The translations under genes were made by a program, and so were the position numbers. Positions 61,901 through 64,000 of a DNA stretch of 64,000 nt are shown here, in pieces. This DNA is from Asterias rubens (taxonomy: Eukaryota). Location: the NCBI RefSeq assembly GCF_902459465.1, contig NC_047063.1, positions 15,810,001-15,874,000 of the forward strand, written 5' to 3'. Positions within the stretch are counted from its first letter, which is position 1, and each line of letters opens with the position of its first letter. The notes beneath the pieces were generated by a model. That model worked only from the letters and a program-made list of their open reading frames with translations, ran no database searches and was not told where the DNA came from.

Positions 61901-62942
61901 ACTCACGTTGGAAATTTGGTTGGTAATCCTGTTTTATCAAGGCAAAAATGTCGTGCTGAGCAAACGTTTGTGCTTAGTAGTTCTTTAAAATTGGGCCCTG
62001 TAGTGGGTGTGCATGAAGCCTGGCGAAGTTCTTAATCTGATTCATTTTGGGATCGAAGTATTATGCCAGAGGACCTATGTCAGTGGTCTTTTTTACAGAA
62101 CGGATAGTTGTGCGGCACTCTTATAAAGATTTGAATGGAACTCTTGCTTAGCAAAGGGAGGTACATGGGATTACATAGGATGCAATGGGTCATCTTTATC
62201 ATGGATGTAGCCCATTCCTAATAAGAGCCCTACATACAACTAAACATTTATAAAGCGCCTTTACATCAAGATCAAAGTACTAAAAAGAGCAAAACTAATG
62301 GAACTATAAATACAACAAGTTACATCTGATGCAAGTGAGTTTTGAGAGATTTTTTGCACAAAGGCAAAGTTACAACTTCTGATGCGTACTGGGAGGTTGT
62401 TCCATATTCGCGGAGCAATAAAGGAGAAAGTCCGGTGTTCTAATGGTTGGGTGCCCTAATTGCTCATAATGTAGCCCAAAATATTGTTCGACGAAGCCCA
62501 TATACTGTCCCTTGGTGCAGCCTAAAACTTGTTCATAATTCTTCAGCGGGCCTGAATAATGTCTCACACTAATTCTGAAATGCAGCCCGATTGAAGTTAT
62601 GGTGCTGCATTGATGTCTTGTAATATATACTTTTAAAGTCATCTTAATCGAACTTGTATAGGGAGTATATGCGATAGTAAGATGGAAAATGGGTTTAAGG
62701 CTAGAGGGAAGAGTTCTAAGACTCAGCCAAACTTAATTTTCGTGTAATTTACTGTATAGGTAATGCTGACACTTTTCGCAATGGATTCGCAACCGTCAGA
62801 CAGGCGTATGGAAAGCTCACCGATTCCAACGAGAAGAAGTCTCGAGCAGATAAACGTAAATTCAACTCAGTCAAGCAGGATCGTGGAGTGCATGAGAAAT
62901 GGGATTGGTATGACAAGTGCTTTGCCAGGGAACGTAACGCTG
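58918..62942 (+). CDS. DD3-3-like secreted protein, 5' part. Exons 58918-59064, 60747-60824, 61435-61576, 62760-62942; continues past the window
   Basis: Signal peptide, then DVFFHNPRGSNNRLNE..RMFDSQ|NNNKGGYNAGD..QYRM|KYF..TVEWTNQHGCG..CNVVLQYMCQ|..FRNG..GVHEKWDWYDKC..RERNAG. These are motifs recalled for the Dictyostelium DD3-3 family. GT-AG sites with phases 0,0,1,1. Confidence 0.88.
59160..59510. mobile_element. Possible Penelope-like retroelement terminal remnant (similar motif at about 11270-11310)
   Basis: cctgacgatgac...gtcgaaacgttg motif resembles PLE terminal hairpin/ribozyme-region sequence; no ORF. Confidence 0.35.
59818..60275. mobile_element. MITE with ttgccggtg/caccggcaa ends and subterminal tgcatatgcaa / tccggcggaca repeats
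   Basis: Inverted subterminal repeat blocks on both sides. Confidence 0.6.
60988..61332. mobile_element. Kolobok-type MITE family A copy in a DD3-3-like intron
   Basis: TTAA|AGGCAGTGGACAC...GTGTCCATTGTCT|TTAA. Confidence 0.9.
61757..61997. mobile_element. Harbinger-type MITE (same family as 34728-34946)
   Basis: GGCCCAATTT TIRs with CAG/CTG flanks; shared core aaatttcttccttgata..caggattaccaacc. Confidence 0.85.
62245..62640 (-). mobile_element. L2-group LINE 3' end
   Basis: Minus-strand FSFIAPRIWNNLPVRIRSC..KKSLKTHL remnant and an aggcgctttataaatg-type tail. Confidence 0.65.
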
Positions 62943-63351
62943 GTAAGCAATTTAGATCCCAATACAGTATACTGAATGTTTTGTTTCACAAAAACATATA
63001 AAGGGATTTTCACATTACTGTTCAAATTGAGCCTTATTGAAACCATACGCAATAAATGGTTAACAAATAAGTTTTATATTATATAAAACTATCAAAGGTT
63101 GAGATGAGTCCGACCCAAGCACGATTGAGTCAAGTCCAATAAAGATTGGCAGAGCCCTTTATAGACCTTTATCAAGCTGTCACTCTTGGTCATGTTCCCT
63201 GTTTCCAATTACAGTAATGAATGCTAGAATTCATTGCGCATGGCAACAGACTATTGTTTCGTCCAGCCTCAGTTTGGTTACAATGAGTTGGAATGGAGCA
63301 AAACCAAGATGACCACACCGTGATAAAGGTCTGTATCACACCGTAACTTTG

Positions 63352-63382
<31 letters not shown>

Positions 63383-64000
63383 GGGTGGTGTTCCGGACAT
63401 CATCATTTATGTACCCCACAAGAAACATTTATGTACCCCACAATGTGTTTATTCCGGTGACAGTGGGCAAATCTGCAGGACTGACAAATCTAATCCGTTT
63501 GGATTTCGTGGTGTTAGTGGTTGGGGATGGTATAGGAGGGGCGTATCTGGAGAGAGGGCATTGGATACATTGTAGGTAAAACGCACCAGTGGTGCTGCCT
63601 AACACTCTGTTAGGTGTTAATTAGGTCAATATAATTTAATTGGGCGAACGAATAATTATATACATAGGTATTTACGCAGCTGCAACAACCATGGTACCAG
63701 CACAACACAAAGTGATAAACTGGGAAATACGTTTTACCAATCAGAAACTGTCGATGCATTTTATAGAATAATGTTTATTGTTCCAACACTAATCAATTTG
63801 ATGTTCTCATTCTAGAACTGGAGGCTATTAACGTGGTAAAACTATGGGATGCTTCATTATTGTTGGATGAAAATGTCTGGCTTAGGCTATAGACCTAAAA
63901 GGTTTGAAACATAAAATAGCCTATAGCCTACATGATCATTTTATTTTATTTTAAAAGTTTTCTATAAACAATGCGTTACGTATCCAACTGGTGCAATTTA

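Noticed and set aside
36868-62942. A functional glyco-recognition cluster (FReD lectin + GT31 + DD3-3-like)
   Set aside because: Neighbourhood alone does not imply function in animal genomes; there is no shared promoter or other evidence. It would need synteny and co-expression data.
63421-63560. Next DD3-3-like exon at ctgcag|GA CTG ACA
   Set aside because: The translation lacks the expected family motif (GLF.ADQ-like) and the acceptor context is poor; the next exon is probably outside the window.

Overview
Eukaryotic, AT-rich, intron-containing DNA. The gene content and repeat landscape suggest an invertebrate deuterostome, probably a sea star or other echinoderm (inference only). No prokaryotic features or CRISPR arrays were found. 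Genes: (1) a B-Raf-type Raf kinase on the minus strand, ATG at 33704, with 13 well-supported coding exons down to 501, one short hinge exon unresolved and the 3' exons beyond the left edge; it carries a U12 (minor spliceosome) intron at 620-1134. (2) A complete 5-exon secreted PAN/Apple + Thr-rich stalk + fibrinogen-related-domain (FReD) gene, minus strand, 41293-36868, 382 aa. (3) A single-coding-exon GT31 beta-1,3-glycosyltransferase, minus strand, 45177-44017, with an unusual hydrophobic C-terminus. (4) A frameshifted WD40 fragment, minus strand, about 50815-51700. (5) The first four coding exons of a DD3-3-like secreted protein, plus strand, from 58918 past the right edge. Non-coding DNA is dense in non-autonomous DNA transposons: about 17 copies of one TTAA-flanked Kolobok/T2-type MITE family, Harbinger-type and piggyBac-type MITEs, LINE 3' ends and tRNA-derived SINE remnants. 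There is also a 109-bp higher-order satellite and a 45-bp minisatellite that flips orientation mid-array. All coordinates were read by hand and no database search was run. No new multi-gene system is evident; the best leads are isoform, architecture and repeat-biology observations.
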